A stretch of DNA of 64,000 nt. It comes from Candidatus Omnitrophota bacterium. GTDB taxonomy: Bacteria > Omnitrophota > Omnitrophia > Omnitrophales > Aquincolibacteriaceae. The DNA is taken from assembly GCA_030698625.1 (NCBI GenBank), contig JAUYMS010000042.1:160423-224422 (forward strand), in the 5' to 3' direction. Of the stretch, positions 10,257-20,179 are shown piece after piece. The translations under genes and the position numbers were made by a program. Every line of letters begins with the position of its first letter. Positions within the stretch are counted from its first letter, which is position 1. The notes under the pieces are model-generated. The model was not told the DNA's origin. It worked only from the letters and a program-made list of their open reading frames with translations, and did no database searches.

Positions 10257-11318
10257 ATGAAGATTGAAAAGATTGCCAAATCCGGCTTTGAAGAAATACT
10301 AGTCTGCGAAGATCAAGCCTCAGGACTCCACGCTATTATTGCTGTTCATAATACCCGGCTCGGGCCCGCCTTGGGCGGTATTCGTATGCATCCCTACGCA
10401 ACTACCGCTGACGCATTACGGGATGTCACACTTCTTGCGCAAGCAATGACTTATAAGTCGGCCGCCTCTGACCTTAAACTCGGCGGCGGCAAGGCCGTGA
10501 TCCTCGGCGATCCTGCCGCCGATAAAAGTCCCGAACGACTCTATGCCATGGGAAGATTCATAAATGAATTTAAGGGGCGCTACATCGCGGCCAAAGATCT
10601 TGGGATTACGACTGAGGATCTCATTGCTGTTGCCAAGGAAACAATATACATGACGGGGCTCCCTGAAACCATGGGGGGCAGCGGCGACCCCTCGCCTTGG
10701 ACTGCCGAAGGTATCTTTGCCGGAATACGCGCCTGCTTTCAATTCAAATTGAAGCAGCTCAATCTCGCCGGAGTGACCGTCGCCATACAGGGAATCGGCC
10801 ATGTGGGACTCGCGCTAGCGCGTCGCCTGCATAGTGAAGGCGTAAAACTTATCGTCTCGGACACGAATCCCGACCTACTAAAAGAAGTCGCTGAAAAGCT
10901 GGATGCGAAAGCAGTGCCCCCCGATGAAATCTATGATATGCCCTGTGAGGTCTTCTCCCCCTGCGCCATGGGCGGCATCATTAATGATAATACGATAAAG
11001 AGGCTACAATGTTCGATCATTGCAGGCGGCGCAAACAACCAGCTCGCCGATATGGAAAAACACGATCAGCTATTACGGGACCAGGGTATTCTTTACGCCC
11101 CCGATTACATTATTAATGCCGGGGGCGTTATCAATATCTACGTTAAAGATATTCTTAAAGAGGAAGACGCGATGCCCTGGATTCGGAAGATTAGCGGCCA
11201 TCTACTTGATGTCTTCGAGAGATCGGCTCAAAGCGGCAAGGGTGTGAATTTCGAGGCCGATAAGCTGACTCAGGCGAGACTCGAGCGGGCCTCGATAAGG
11301 CGGGATTCCGATTCGTGA
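10257..11318 (+). CDS. Leucine (branched-chain amino acid) dehydrogenase, Glu/Leu/Phe/Val dehydrogenase family
   Basis: 353 aa, collinear with Bacillus leucine dehydrogenase: GLHAIIAVHNTRLGPALGGIRM, KLGGGKAVI, GxGxVG NAD motif, PCAMGGIINDNTI, YAPDYIINAGGVIN. Confidence 0.85.
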   Translation: MKIEKIAKSGFEEILVCEDQASGLHAIIAVHNTRLGPALGGIRMHPYATTADALRDVTLLAQAMTYKSAASDLKLGGGKAVILGDPAADKSPERLYAMGRFINEFKGRYIAAKDLGITTEDLIAVAKETIYMTGLPETMGGSGDPSPWTAEGIFAGIRACFQFKLKQLNLAGVTVAIQGIGHVGLALARRLHSEGVKLIVSDTNPDLLKEVAEKLDAKAVPPDEIYDMPCEVFSPCAMGGIINDNTIKRLQCSIIAGGANNQLADMEKHDQLLRDQGILYAPDYIINAGGVINIYVKDILKEEDAMPWIRKISGHLLDVFERSAQSGKGVNFEADKLTQARLERASIRRDSDS

Positions 11319-11818
11319 CTATAGTCATCCTTTTCGCGATCGGGTCGTGACTGAATGAGAGCCGTCGAGATGGTGCCCGCAGTCACTGCCGAACCCGCAG
11401 CCGCGAAAGTCCCCGCCCCGCCCGCCGACGCGGCACCCGTTGCGACGGGCGCCGTCGCCAAACCGATAGCCCCCGCAGCTGTTCCCGCCGCCGCCAAGGA
11501 AGCCGCCAAGATATAGACCTTCTTGCGATCACTGACAGGGCCTTGGTATCCCACGTCACTCGGTCTTACATCGGGATCCAACATTCGATAGTCCGGTCTT
11601 ACGAGGGGGCCCAATTCCGGCTTTGGAATCCGGTCGAGATCAGGTTCTCGAGTGTCGACGATGGTGACATAAGGATTGCCGGTCTTCGGATGATTTCTGA
11701 CACGCACATCCGCATTAGATTCTTCGATAACCTCAGACGAATCGGCGGCATTCAGCGGCGCTGACTGCCGCCCGAGAAGCGCAAACACCATCAGAACCAC
11801 GAGATAAGTCTTCGCCAT
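11270..11818 (-). CDS. Hypothetical secreted protein with a Gly/Ala-rich C-terminal region
   Basis: Signal peptide MAKTYLVVLMVFALLG. Low-complexity AAGTAAGAIGLATAPVATGAASAGG tail. Overlaps the leucine dehydrogenase 3' end by 49 nt. Confidence 0.4.
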   Translation of the reverse strand: MAKTYLVVLMVFALLGRQSAPLNAADSSEVIEESNADVRVRNHPKTGNPYVTIVDTREPDLDRIPKPELGPLVRPDYRMLDPDVRPSDVGYQGPVSDRKKVYILAASLAAAGTAAGAIGLATAPVATGAASAGGAGTFAAAGSAVTAGTISTALIQSRPDREKDDYSHESESRLIEARSSLA

Positions 11819-11820
11819 CT

Positions 11821-12405
11821 TTATACCCCCAAAGTATCTTGCAAATGTTGCACAATGGCTATGACGTTATTCTCGATCGCTGCATTCAAATTAACTTCAG
11901 GGCCCCCTTTTTTGGCAAAGACCTTCTGGGCATCGCTTGTGCCTCGGGCCTCGAGGCGTGCCACAAACTCCAGCTCCGAATCATAGAGTTCCACTTCAGT
12001 GAGAAGCGTGACGGCCTGCCCCTTCAAGGTCACCTGATTACCGAAGTCTTTAATGCGAATCGCCGCGACATGCGCAATGGCATAGCGCTTCATAATCGCC
12101 TGCGTGGGCTCCGCTTCCATATATAGGAACTCATCAAATGCCCGCTGAAAGGCTTCAATCAGCATGGGCGTAATGGCCTCGCCGACATGGTAAGTTTGGG
12201 GATCAGCCAAACGGCCGCCGCGTTCCTGTGAGACATAGGTCATCACTTCTTTCGGAATATAGAGCGCGATGCGGGCAGGAGCCGGCTGCACGGTCTCATA
12301 GAAATGGTTAGAGAGCAACCCGGGAGCATGGATATCCCACCCAAAAAGGGCCACACAACCTGCGAGCCCTAGGGCGGTTGTCAAAAGGATATTTCGCAAG
12401 TTCAT
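11821..12405 (-). CDS. Hypothetical lipoprotein
   Basis: 194 aa. N-terminus LLTTALGLAGC is lipobox-like. Packed 2 nt from its neighbours. Confidence 0.5.
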   Translation of the reverse strand: MNLRNILLTTALGLAGCVALFGWDIHAPGLLSNHFYETVQPAPARIALYIPKEVMTYVSQERGGRLADPQTYHVGEAITPMLIEAFQRAFDEFLYMEAEPTQAIMKRYAIAHVAAIRIKDFGNQVTLKGQAVTLLTEVELYDSELEFVARLEARGTSDAQKVFAKKGGPEVNLNAAIENNVIAIVQHLQDTLGV

Positions 12406-12406
12406 T

Positions 12407-14140
12407 TTACGAAGGCCGATCCAATGTCTGCTTCAGAATCGCATTTTCCAAGGCAAGTTCTTTTCGGGCTCGAATGCGTTCCAAATGTTTTCCGATACGC
12501 TCTTCCGGGATCTTGAGATGCCGCATCACAAGCCGGCTGAGTTCGTAGCTGGCTTCCCATTCCTCCATCACCACCATATCCGCACCCAACTCATAAAGCC
12601 GCGGCATTTCTGTTTCGTACCGTGTGCGCACGGCAAGCATGACTTGAGAATTCAGTTGTTGAATAACGCGGATCACCTGCACCATACCTATGATATCCGG
12701 AAAACTCACAACCACTGCACGGGCCCGCTCTATCCCCGCTCGCTTCATGACCTCACGATTCGCCGCGTCACCGTATATAACCGATATGCGTTTCTTCCTG
12801 GCCTCCTGGACCTTGCTATGATTGAGCTCCACCAGAACGAAGGGGATGTTTTCTTCGAGGAAAGTCAGCGCCAGATCCTGCCCCGAAGGACCGAAACCGC
12901 AAAGGATCACATGGTCATTTACGGCCGGCAGGGCCGAAGGTGGGATTTTCCAATCCGCCGGAGGAGTTCCGAAGAAACCGATCCTTTCCGAAAGCGATAA
13001 GACCAGCGGAACTAACTTGAAAAGCACCGGCGTCATAAGCATGGTCAGAAAGGCCGTCGACAGGAGTACATGATACAGATAGAGGTCAATGCCCCCCGAG
13101 GCCCTGCCTGCCTCCAACAGAAGAAGCGAAAATTCACCGATTTGCGACAGCAAAATTCCCGCCGCAAGTGCGACTCGCGGGGCCATGCCGAAACACGTGA
13201 TGAGCACCGTCATGAGGACAAAGTTAACGAGCAAAACCAACCCGACCGTAACGGATACGACAAACGCGTTTTCCAACGCAAAATGGATATCAAACAGCAG
13301 GCCGATTGAAACAAAAAAGACACTCACGAAGATATAACGAAAGGGTGTTATGTCACCGATGAGAGAACTCCTGAAATCTGTGTTCGCAAACATGAAACCC
13401 GCGAAAAAAGCCCCGATCGCCAAGGACAGACCCAAAAATTCGCTCAACCAGGCCGTTCCGAGGCATACCACGACCGCGGTCAAAAAAACAATTTCCCGGT
13501 TACGCGTCACCGCCAAACGGTGCATCATACGCGGCAGTAAAAACCGTGAGAACAGCACAACGGCCGCCAGTAAGATCAGCGTCTTCACAAGTGCCATACC
13601 TAAAGTAATCGCAAGTGACGATGGCTGGCCCAGGCCGGTTGTAAAAATCAGTAGCGGCACTACCGCGATATCCTGAAAGAGAAGAATCGCCACAGCAATA
13701 CGACCGTATTGCGTATCAAGTTCACCGCGATCAATGAGGAATTTCAGGACGATGGCCGTAGAACTCAGAGCGATTACCGAGCCGAAAAAAAATCCGTCAT
13801 ACAGCGGACGGTCCCGCCACCACGCAAAGGCAAAACCGACTAAAATCGACAATAAGATCTGCAGCGTGCCCCCGAAAACCGCTAAATTCTTTAAGCCACG
13901 CATACGGTCCATCGAAAATTCCAGGCCGATCGTGAGCATGAGCAACATTACGCCGAGTTCCGCCATTTGGTGAATACGCCCTGAATCCGTCAAGATCCCA
14001 AATCCATGGGGCCCGACAATAACACCGGCAATAAGAAATCCAAGGATACTGGGGAGGCGCAGGCGCTCGAAGGTAACAGCGACAATGGTTGCCGTGATCA
14101 AAACGAGAATAAATTCTGTCAGAAATCCGGGAGTCCCCAT
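12407..14140 (-). CDS. Monovalent cation:proton antiporter-2 family K+ efflux protein with a C-terminal RCK/TrkA-N domain (KefB/KefC-like)
   Basis: Polytopic membrane N-terminal domain plus C-terminal VILCGFGPSGQ...YGDAAN Rossmann (TrkA-N). Start moved to the internal MGTPGFLTEF at about 14140 so as not to overlap DUF1223; the track ORF extends to 14236. Confidence 0.8.
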   Translation of the reverse strand: MGTPGFLTEFILVLITATIVAVTFERLRLPSILGFLIAGVIVGPHGFGILTDSGRIHQMAELGVMLLMLTIGLEFSMDRMRGLKNLAVFGGTLQILLSILVGFAFAWWRDRPLYDGFFFGSVIALSSTAIVLKFLIDRGELDTQYGRIAVAILLFQDIAVVPLLIFTTGLGQPSSLAITLGMALVKTLILLAAVVLFSRFLLPRMMHRLAVTRNREIVFLTAVVVCLGTAWLSEFLGLSLAIGAFFAGFMFANTDFRSSLIGDITPFRYIFVSVFFVSIGLLFDIHFALENAFVVSVTVGLVLLVNFVLMTVLITCFGMAPRVALAAGILLSQIGEFSLLLLEAGRASGGIDLYLYHVLLSTAFLTMLMTPVLFKLVPLVLSLSERIGFFGTPPADWKIPPSALPAVNDHVILCGFGPSGQDLALTFLEENIPFVLVELNHSKVQEARKKRISVIYGDAANREVMKRAGIERARAVVVSFPDIIGMVQVIRVIQQLNSQVMLAVRTRYETEMPRLYELGADMVVMEEWEASYELSRLVMRHLKIPEERIGKHLERIRARKELALENAILKQTLDRPS

Positions 14141-14144
14141 AGGC

Positions 14145-14891
14145 CTAAGGCAGGTACCCCCCCGTCGCCTGAACGGGTGTCGGGTCGTTTCCTTTTGTGA
14201 CCCACGTTGCCACCGCGTAGCGCTTTGATTCGACATCGGACGGAGCCTTAAGTGTTACGGTAGCCGCCAATTTATCCGCGTGAGGCTTCATAATACCGGA
14301 TTCATAACTGAGGACAACAAACTGATGATTCAAATTTCGCCCTCGGTTCTCCCCCGCCCGAACATCAGAACTTAAATCAAATCCGAGAAGCGCGCCGTAA
14401 GCGCGCCACTCTTTGCCCTGCTCTGCAGGAGTAAACGCAACCTCATATCGGCCTTCATCCTCCGCCTTCACTGCGAGCACACCGACTTCCTTATTATCTG
14501 ATTTCGGCACAGTCTTAGATCGGAACCAGCGGGGCCAGGGCCTGCCCGCCACGGCAAAACAAGGAGTGTAAATAGAAGGCTCTTGCCAAAGGCGCGCATA
14601 GACACGCTGGCGCTCCGTAAACGCAGGAGATGCGAAACGGTCTTTCCATCCCAGGTAATCCCAATAACCCACGTGAAACACCACGGGAACATAAGAACTC
14701 CAAAGATCCGGGGCTTCGGTTAAACCACTCACCCATTGGTCCGCGCGAGGACAACTGCTGCAGCCTTCGGAGGTGTAGAGTTCCAATAAATTTGTTCGAC
14801 GCGCACCACTCGTGAAGGTCTCTGCATAAATCGACGGCAAAACAAGGAGGAGGGCCAAGGGTAGAAGCCATGGCGTGCGCCGCAAAACCAT
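14145..14891 (-). CDS. DUF1223 family thioredoxin-like secreted protein
   Basis: Signal peptide, then ELYTSEGCSSCPRAD, the hallmark of DUF1223. Confidence 0.7.
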   Translation of the reverse strand: MVLRRTPWLLPLALLLVLPSIYAETFTSGARRTNLLELYTSEGCSSCPRADQWVSGLTEAPDLWSSYVPVVFHVGYWDYLGWKDRFASPAFTERQRVYARLWQEPSIYTPCFAVAGRPWPRWFRSKTVPKSDNKEVGVLAVKAEDEGRYEVAFTPAEQGKEWRAYGALLGFDLSSDVRAGENRGRNLNHQFVVLSYESGIMKPHADKLAATVTLKAPSDVESKRYAVATWVTKGNDPTPVQATGGYLP

Positions 14892-14895
14892 GGTA

Positions 14896-15468
14896 TCAAT
14901 CAGATGAAATAGTCACTTTTTTCATGGCGATGGTCTCCAGAGGCTTATCATTTGCAGCATGCGCCCGGGCAATCTTTTTTACGACATCCATGCCTTCCGT
15001 CACCTGCCCAAAAACAGAATGCCGGTTATCGAGCCAGGGCGTGGGAGCATCTGTAATAAAAAACTGGCTCCCGTTCGTATTGGGTCCTGAATTTGCCATG
15101 GATAATATGCCCGGCTTGTCGTGTCGCAAAGCCGATGAGAATTCATCATCGAACTTGTAGCCGGGGCCTCCCATTCCCGTCCCTGTAGGATCTCCGGTCT
15201 GAATCATGAAACCCGGTATGACCCGGTGAAATAGGATGCCGTCATAAAAACCCTTGTTCACCAGTTTGACGAAATTGTCCACAGTCTTCGGCGCTTCCTC
15301 GGCAAAGAGCTCCGCATAAATGTCTCCTACAGATGTCTCAATCTTAACTTTCACGATATTCTCATCCCCCCGTCTCGATGTTAATGTCCCCACGCCTGGT
15401 GTAGCGCCCACACGAGCTACACATCCCGCTGCGATGACGCATAAAATCAATAATAGCCACATTCTCAC
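14896..15468 (-). CDS. Peptidyl-prolyl cis-trans isomerase, cyclophilin type (lipoprotein)
   Basis: [14 protein letters not shown]...[17 protein letters not shown]...HSVFGQV. N-terminal lipobox AAGC. Confidence 0.85.
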   Translation of the reverse strand: MRMWLLLILCVIAAGCVARVGATPGVGTLTSRRGDENIVKVKIETSVGDIYAELFAEEAPKTVDNFVKLVNKGFYDGILFHRVIPGFMIQTGDPTGTGMGGPGYKFDDEFSSALRHDKPGILSMANSGPNTNGSQFFITDAPTPWLDNRHSVFGQVTEGMDVVKKIARAHAANDKPLETIAMKKVTISSD

Positions 15469-15521
15469 GGGTTTATTTTATCACTAAACGTAGTCATGGC
15501 GATAGAAGGAAAGGGAATGAA

Positions 15522-15884
15522 TTAACGAACCCGCTGTTTGATTTCATGGATACGCCGCATGCAGAGATCCATCGCCTGCCGGGCATTCGTTGCATCTTCA
15601 GGTCGGGAATACTGCGGGCCCAGATTCTCGTATACACCCGCCGCCTTTTCAAAAAGTTTTCCGGCACGCGCATAAAGCGCAACTGCGGACTCGGCTCTCG
15701 CGCGGGTCATATTACCCTGCAACAGCTGCTCGGCCTGGGTCAAGATCGTCGTTGCGGCCAGAGCGTCGGCATTGGCCTGCTGGCGATAGACTTCCGGATC
15801 CTGCGTCTGCCCCAACGGCGCGCTGAGTAAAAGCAGAGGCATGGAAAAACTAACCAGTATAAAAATGCTTTTTTTGTTATTCAT
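15522..15884 (-). CDS. Hypothetical secreted protein
   Basis: 120 aa with a signal peptide. Helical and TPR-like by composition. Confidence 0.45.
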   Translation of the reverse strand: MNNKKSIFILVSFSMPLLLLSAPLGQTQDPEVYRQQANADALAATTILTQAEQLLQGNMTRARAESAVALYARAGKLFEKAAGVYENLGPQYSRPEDATNARQAMDLCMRRIHEIKQRVR

Positions 15885-15909
15885 CGATTGACCCCGTCAC
15901 CGGCGCACA

Positions 15910-16302
15910 TTAGTCCCCCGCTGAGGAATCGCCTATCTCGGTAAAACAGCGGTCGATTTCGTGGAGGAAATCCTGGGAATTGAAAGGCTTCGTGATATAG
16001 CGGTGCGCAAGATGCTCCATGCCCTTCTGAACGTTATCGCTTTGGTTAAGCGCTGTCAGCATAATAACGGGAATGTGCATGGTGTGCTTATCCTTTTTGA
16101 GATGCTCCAGAACCTGAAATCCGTCAAGTTCCGGCATCATCACATCAAGCACTATCACATCGGGATTAAATTTCTTAACCTTATGGAGCGCGTCTTTGCC
16201 GTCGACAGCCATTTCCACATCATAGCCGGCGTGTTCCAGGCGTTCCTTAATCACAATGCGCAGTTTCTCTTCATCGTCGGCGACGAGAATTTTCCTAGCC
16301 AT
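15910..16302 (-). CDS. Stand-alone response regulator receiver (CheY-like)
   Basis: ILVADDE...DVIVLDVMMPELDG...LTA...KP. Single REC domain, no output domain. Confidence 0.8.
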   Translation of the reverse strand: MARKILVADDEEKLRIVIKERLEHAGYDVEMAVDGKDALHKVKKFNPDVIVLDVMMPELDGFQVLEHLKKDKHTMHIPVIMLTALNQSDNVQKGMEHLAHRYITKPFNSQDFLHEIDRCFTEIGDSSAGD

Positions 16303-16523
16303 TAGAGGGACACCGTTTTTTGCAATGTTTTGAGAGCGGGTAACATTTCTATAATTGTACCACGTTCGTGTTTTGCCGGCTCTCGGGTCACATGGATCTC
16401 AATATGATGGGCGAGGTTTTCGTGACATTCTTCGTGCCCGCCGTGTGCCCAGGCCGTAAAACCGGGAAGCGCACCGAGAACCGTCACGAATAAAAAAACC
16501 CGCGCACGCGAGCGAAACGTCAT
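16302..16523 (-). CDS. Small His-rich secreted protein
   Basis: 73 aa with a signal peptide, then HGGHEECHENLAHHIEIH. Abuts the receiver gene start. Confidence 0.35.
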   Translation of the reverse strand: MTFRSRARVFLFVTVLGALPGFTAWAHGGHEECHENLAHHIEIHVTREPAKHERGTIIEMLPALKTLQKTVSL

Positions 16524-16695
16524 TAACGCGCCTCCGCTTTAATCACTAAAAAAGATAGAAAGAAATTCCTTGAGCATGTTCCCGCCGGACTCAGCAGATT
16601 CCACGACCCCGTCTATCATGCCTTTTAACTGATCCCCCGGCGCCCGCCACAACGCAAAAAGACGGTATTTCCACTGCCCTCGCTTCGACTCCTCT

Positions 16696-16908
16696 TCACG
16701 ACCCCCAAACCTCATACTCGTAGGTATGCGCTATATTCTTAGGCCCCTTAACGACAACACCCTCTAAAGGGGCCGCGACGACCCGCACAAGGCTTCGCCC
16801 CATATTATAAAGATGGTGGCGGGCAGACAAGGCATAGGCCGATGAGCTTTGAAGCATGAGGAGACAAAAACCGATCCGGGTAATCGTAACGTTGCGCATA
16901 GGCCTCAT
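16696..16908 (-). CDS. Small hypothetical protein
   Basis: 70-aa ORF filling the gap in the co-directional string. No recognisable motif. Confidence 0.25.
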   Translation of the reverse strand: MRPMRNVTITRIGFCLLMLQSSSAYALSARHHLYNMGRSLVRVVAAPLEGVVVKGPKNIAHTYEYEVWGS

Positions 16909-17462
16909 CGGCGTTCTTGAGCCTTTTCAACGAAGATCTTCTTGTCCTTAAGCTGGTGGATGAACTTTTTCAGTTCGGCATCACCGCGGTACGGCCAAAA
17001 CCCGAAACGCTTGGCTTCATGATAACCTTCTTTAGGCCCCCAGCCCTGGACCGCGACTCGATACACTGCAACCAAAGTACCGGTTTTATCCTTACCGCTT
17101 TCGCAATGAAGAAAAACCGGCTGTGCTCCACGATTCAACACAGTTTCCAAAAATTGAATAACGGTACTGTCTGCCGGCCTTTCGTACAGGCTCATAGGCA
17201 AGGAAGAAAAGTGCATTCCCAAGCCCTCGACGATGCCCCGCTCCTCGGCAACTCTTGCCGCATCTTCTTCGAGACTGATGACCGTCTTTACACCAAGCTT
17301 CGTGAGCTCGCTCCACTCGTCTTCCATCGGCCGCGGACCTCGATAGAACCCCTCATCGACAAGATAAAAGCCCGAAGCCCCTGACAAAAGCGGCTTATGC
17401 GCACACCCGGCGAGCCCCGTCAAGAGCGCACCCGCAAACACCCATCGAAGAAACTTAGACAT
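16905..17462 (-). CDS. Periplasmic lipoprotein with a protein-tyrosine/dual-specificity phosphatase-like fold (Siw14/TpbA-like), variant HCxxGKDKTG P-loop
   Basis: Lipobox LLTGLAGC. VFLHCESGKDKTGTL resembles the HCxxGKxRTG P-loop of Y_phosphatase2-type PTPs, with Lys at the Arg position. Confidence 0.6.
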   Translation of the reverse strand: MSKFLRWVFAGALLTGLAGCAHKPLLSGASGFYLVDEGFYRGPRPMEDEWSELTKLGVKTVISLEEDAARVAEERGIVEGLGMHFSSLPMSLYERPADSTVIQFLETVLNRGAQPVFLHCESGKDKTGTLVAVYRVAVQGWGPKEGYHEAKRFGFWPYRGDAELKKFIHQLKDKKIFVEKAQERR

Positions 17463-17467
17463 GGAAA

Positions 17468-18103
17468 TCAGGCATTATTATTGCGATAAATACCAACGGC
17501 AAAAATGGCCAGCGTCGCAACAAGTAAAACAAACAAGCCTGCATCCGGTTGAATGGCGGCTTCCTGAACAAAGTTCCTTGTCACAAAACCAAGAACCCCT
17601 TCGCCTGCCCTCTCAACAGCTGCATCAAAACCCTTCACCGCAGCCTGCCCCAAATAATAAACCCCGAACATCGAGTAAGCCGCGCCGATAAGTCCGATCA
17701 GAGAGGTGTAGACCAGCGGACTGCCCCTGCCGAAAGCCGCCAAGAAAAGGCCTCCGATCAAGGAGAGGTAGGTAACGATTAGCGCGACCGGAATCAAGGC
17801 GCCCAAAATAAAGGTTGGGGATAACCGCGTGAGCTCATTGGACTTCTTATCCCGCGGCAAGACCTTCTCCAGTAAGTCCGTAAAATCGTAATCAACCTTG
17901 AAGGATTTTTTTTTGCCGCCGCCGAAGATTTTTTGGGGAAGGGGTTCGAGGATCTGCTGAAGGCTCCAGCTCTTTGTCCCAAGCGGCGCCAGTTTCACCT
18001 GCAGAAGCGGCATAAAGTAGGTGCCGAGCCCCAGAAATAGAAGGATATAGATCGTGACCGTCGTAGTCTTCAGGGTCTGTTGTTTCGTTTTTCGTACCAT
18101 CAC
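17468..18103 (-). CDS. Hypothetical membrane protein (about 3 TM)
   Basis: 211 aa with hydrophobic helices. 4-nt overlap with the downstream receiver. Confidence 0.5.
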   Translation of the reverse strand: MMVRKTKQQTLKTTTVTIYILLFLGLGTYFMPLLQVKLAPLGTKSWSLQQILEPLPQKIFGGGKKKSFKVDYDFTDLLEKVLPRDKKSNELTRLSPTFILGALIPVALIVTYLSLIGGLFLAAFGRGSPLVYTSLIGLIGAAYSMFGVYYLGQAAVKGFDAAVERAGEGVLGFVTRNFVQEAAIQPDAGLFVLLVATLAIFAVGIYRNNNA

Positions 18104-18468
18104 TTGGCTAGCAAGTCCTCGATCGCTTTGAGGAGTTCTTGGATATCAAAGGGCTTCTGAAAAACACGATTAGCTCCCAGCTTCCGCGCCAAGTCTAGAT
18201 AATCCACAGGGATGAGTTTGGCTCCGCCCGACATTGCGATAATGCGGAGGTTGGGAGCCTCCTTCCTCAGGATGCGAATGGTCTCAACACCCTCCTGCTC
18301 AGGCATGAGAAGATCCGTAATAACGAGATCTGCCGCCTTTTCCCGGAACCGATCTACACCTTGTTTTCCGTCGGCGGCCAGAGTTACCTCATAGCCACTT
18401 TCAGTCAGAAAGGTTCCGAGTATCTCGCGAATATCCGTATTATCATCAATCACAATAATGTGCGCCAC
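18100..18468 (-). CDS. Stand-alone response regulator receiver (CheY-like)
   Basis: IIVIDDN...DLVITDLLMPEQEG...KP. REC domain only. Confidence 0.8.
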   Translation of the reverse strand: MAHIIVIDDNTDIREILGTFLTESGYEVTLAADGKQGVDRFREKAADLVITDLLMPEQEGVETIRILRKEAPNLRIIAMSGGAKLIPVDYLDLARKLGANRVFQKPFDIQELLKAIEDLLAK

Positions 18469-18486
18469 AGCTAACTCCTCTTGTTA

Positions 18487-18888
18487 TTACTCGGAATAAT
18501 GAACCGCCAGTGTTCTTTCAACATCGGCAAGAAGTTGGTCAATCTCAAAAGGTTTTGGGATATATCGCTCTGCCATGAGTTCCATAGCCCTGCTGACATC
18601 CTCGGGTTTCTGAGCCCCGGTCATCATAATAACCGGGATATGCTTTAAGGTCTCGTCTGACTTTATCGCCTGCAATGCCTCAAGCCCGTCCATTTCCGGC
18701 ATGGTTACATCCATGAGTATGAGGTGCGGCTTGATCGCCCGAGCCTTGTCGACGGCGTCTTTGCCGTTTATCGCCCCGACAGCTTCATAACCGCTCTCTT
18801 TTAAAACCTCAATAACGACGTCGCGAATCTCCTGTTGGTCGTCGGCGACAAGAATCTTTTTGCCCTGATGCGGGTTTCCTTCTGCCAT
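18487..18888 (-). CDS. Stand-alone response regulator receiver (CheY-like)
   Basis: ILVADDQ...LILMDVTMPEMDG...KP. REC domain only. Confidence 0.8.
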   Translation of the reverse strand: MAEGNPHQGKKILVADDQQEIRDVVIEVLKESGYEAVGAINGKDAVDKARAIKPHLILMDVTMPEMDGLEALQAIKSDETLKHIPVIMMTGAQKPEDVSRAMELMAERYIPKPFEIDQLLADVERTLAVHYSE

Positions 18889-18890
18889 GA

Positions 18891-19784
18891 CTAATAGACC
18901 TCTATCTTCAAACGTTTTTCGGACTTCATTTTTTTGACTAATGACCCCTCAACACCCGCCTCGGCGCCCATTTTATCGAGAACGGGGAGGATCCCCGCCT
19001 CCATCCCTTTTAGACCGCATATAAAAATCATGCTCCGCGGGTTCGTGAGTACCGGCTTAAGATCATCAGCTTGAAGCGCCATCTTGACCTGAACATACAT
19101 TCTGTCGTCCCGCGTCGGAACCTCATCGGGAACAGGATTGATCTCTTCCCGGCTTACGGCCCTATGGTAATGAAAATTTTTATGTTTTCGATAAGATTCG
19201 AACTCTTCATTATAAAAGCCCGTATCTCCATACTTCACGCCGAAAAAAAGCCACACCTGTCCTTTGTACCCGTTAGCAAAGAGCTGCTTCAACATGCCGC
19301 GATACGGTGCAATCCCCGTACCTGTTGCCACAAGCACAAGATCACGGCCTACAGCATCCGGCGGGAGAACGAAATTACGCCCAACGGGGCCGGTTAGGTT
19401 GACTTTATGCCCTGGCTCGAGATCGCATAGATAATTGCTGGCGACACCCGGAGTCTGAACCTGCCCCGGCGTATCACGGCGGAAATGACGCACCACACAG
19501 AGCGAGAGGGTCTGCTGATCTCCGTCGTCACCGGGGCTATCTGAAGCAACGGAATACAAACGCAACTTGTGGGGCTTTCCCGTGGCGGGGTCCGTACCTT
19601 CGGCAAGCACCCCCACACTCTGGCCCGGGGCATAAGGAAATTTCTCTGAATATCGAAAGGTCATGTGCCTCACGTCGAATTCCGCTCCCCGGCTTTCCGC
19701 TGTCAGACGGATATTGCTCAGGGTTTCCGCGCTGAGAGGGGCTTGTAAGGTGAATAAATTTAGGGCTATTTCCTGGGGCATCAA
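18891..19784 (-). CDS. Ferredoxin-NADP+ reductase, plant-type (FNR)
   Basis: RLYSVAS FAD-binding motif, GTGIAP NADP motif, C-terminal ...EVY. Confidence 0.85.
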   Translation of the reverse strand: MMPQEIALNLFTLQAPLSAETLSNIRLTAESRGAEFDVRHMTFRYSEKFPYAPGQSVGVLAEGTDPATGKPHKLRLYSVASDSPGDDGDQQTLSLCVVRHFRRDTPGQVQTPGVASNYLCDLEPGHKVNLTGPVGRNFVLPPDAVGRDLVLVATGTGIAPYRGMLKQLFANGYKGQVWLFFGVKYGDTGFYNEEFESYRKHKNFHYHRAVSREEINPVPDEVPTRDDRMYVQVKMALQADDLKPVLTNPRSMIFICGLKGMEAGILPVLDKMGAEAGVEGSLVKKMKSEKRLKIEVY

Positions 19785-20179
19785 GATTCTAGGAGTATAC
19801 TACCTCTATTGACAGCCCGGCAACGCCCTTTTTACGGGGCATTGACTGCATTTTAACGTTCACAAAGCGATAGAAGCGACCGAAAACAACAAAGAGTGGG
19901 AATTTCCTTCGCCCCTTTATTAAGTCGCTTCCCTCTCAAATAATAATTGTTGTCGGAATATACCGATGTCGTATAATGAACGCGTTTGCAACATTTCTCT
20001 TGCCGCTCTATTCTTTTAACTGAGGAACTTGTAAAGCCAGCGGAAAACGCCAGTACATGATGCATAAAAGCTTTGCTCGGCAGTTCCTGAGATTCTAGTT
20101 CGACTCACAGCCTTTTCCCATTCCCACTCTTCGAGGTCTCCTCGTCACTTCGCTCCTTGCCTTATCCGCTGTTTCCTCT

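Noticed and set aside
20088-20112. tRNA-like TTCGA stretch (ctagTTCGActcac)
   Set aside because: No acceptor or anticodon stem complementarity around it. It is part of the putative cytochrome signal-peptide region.
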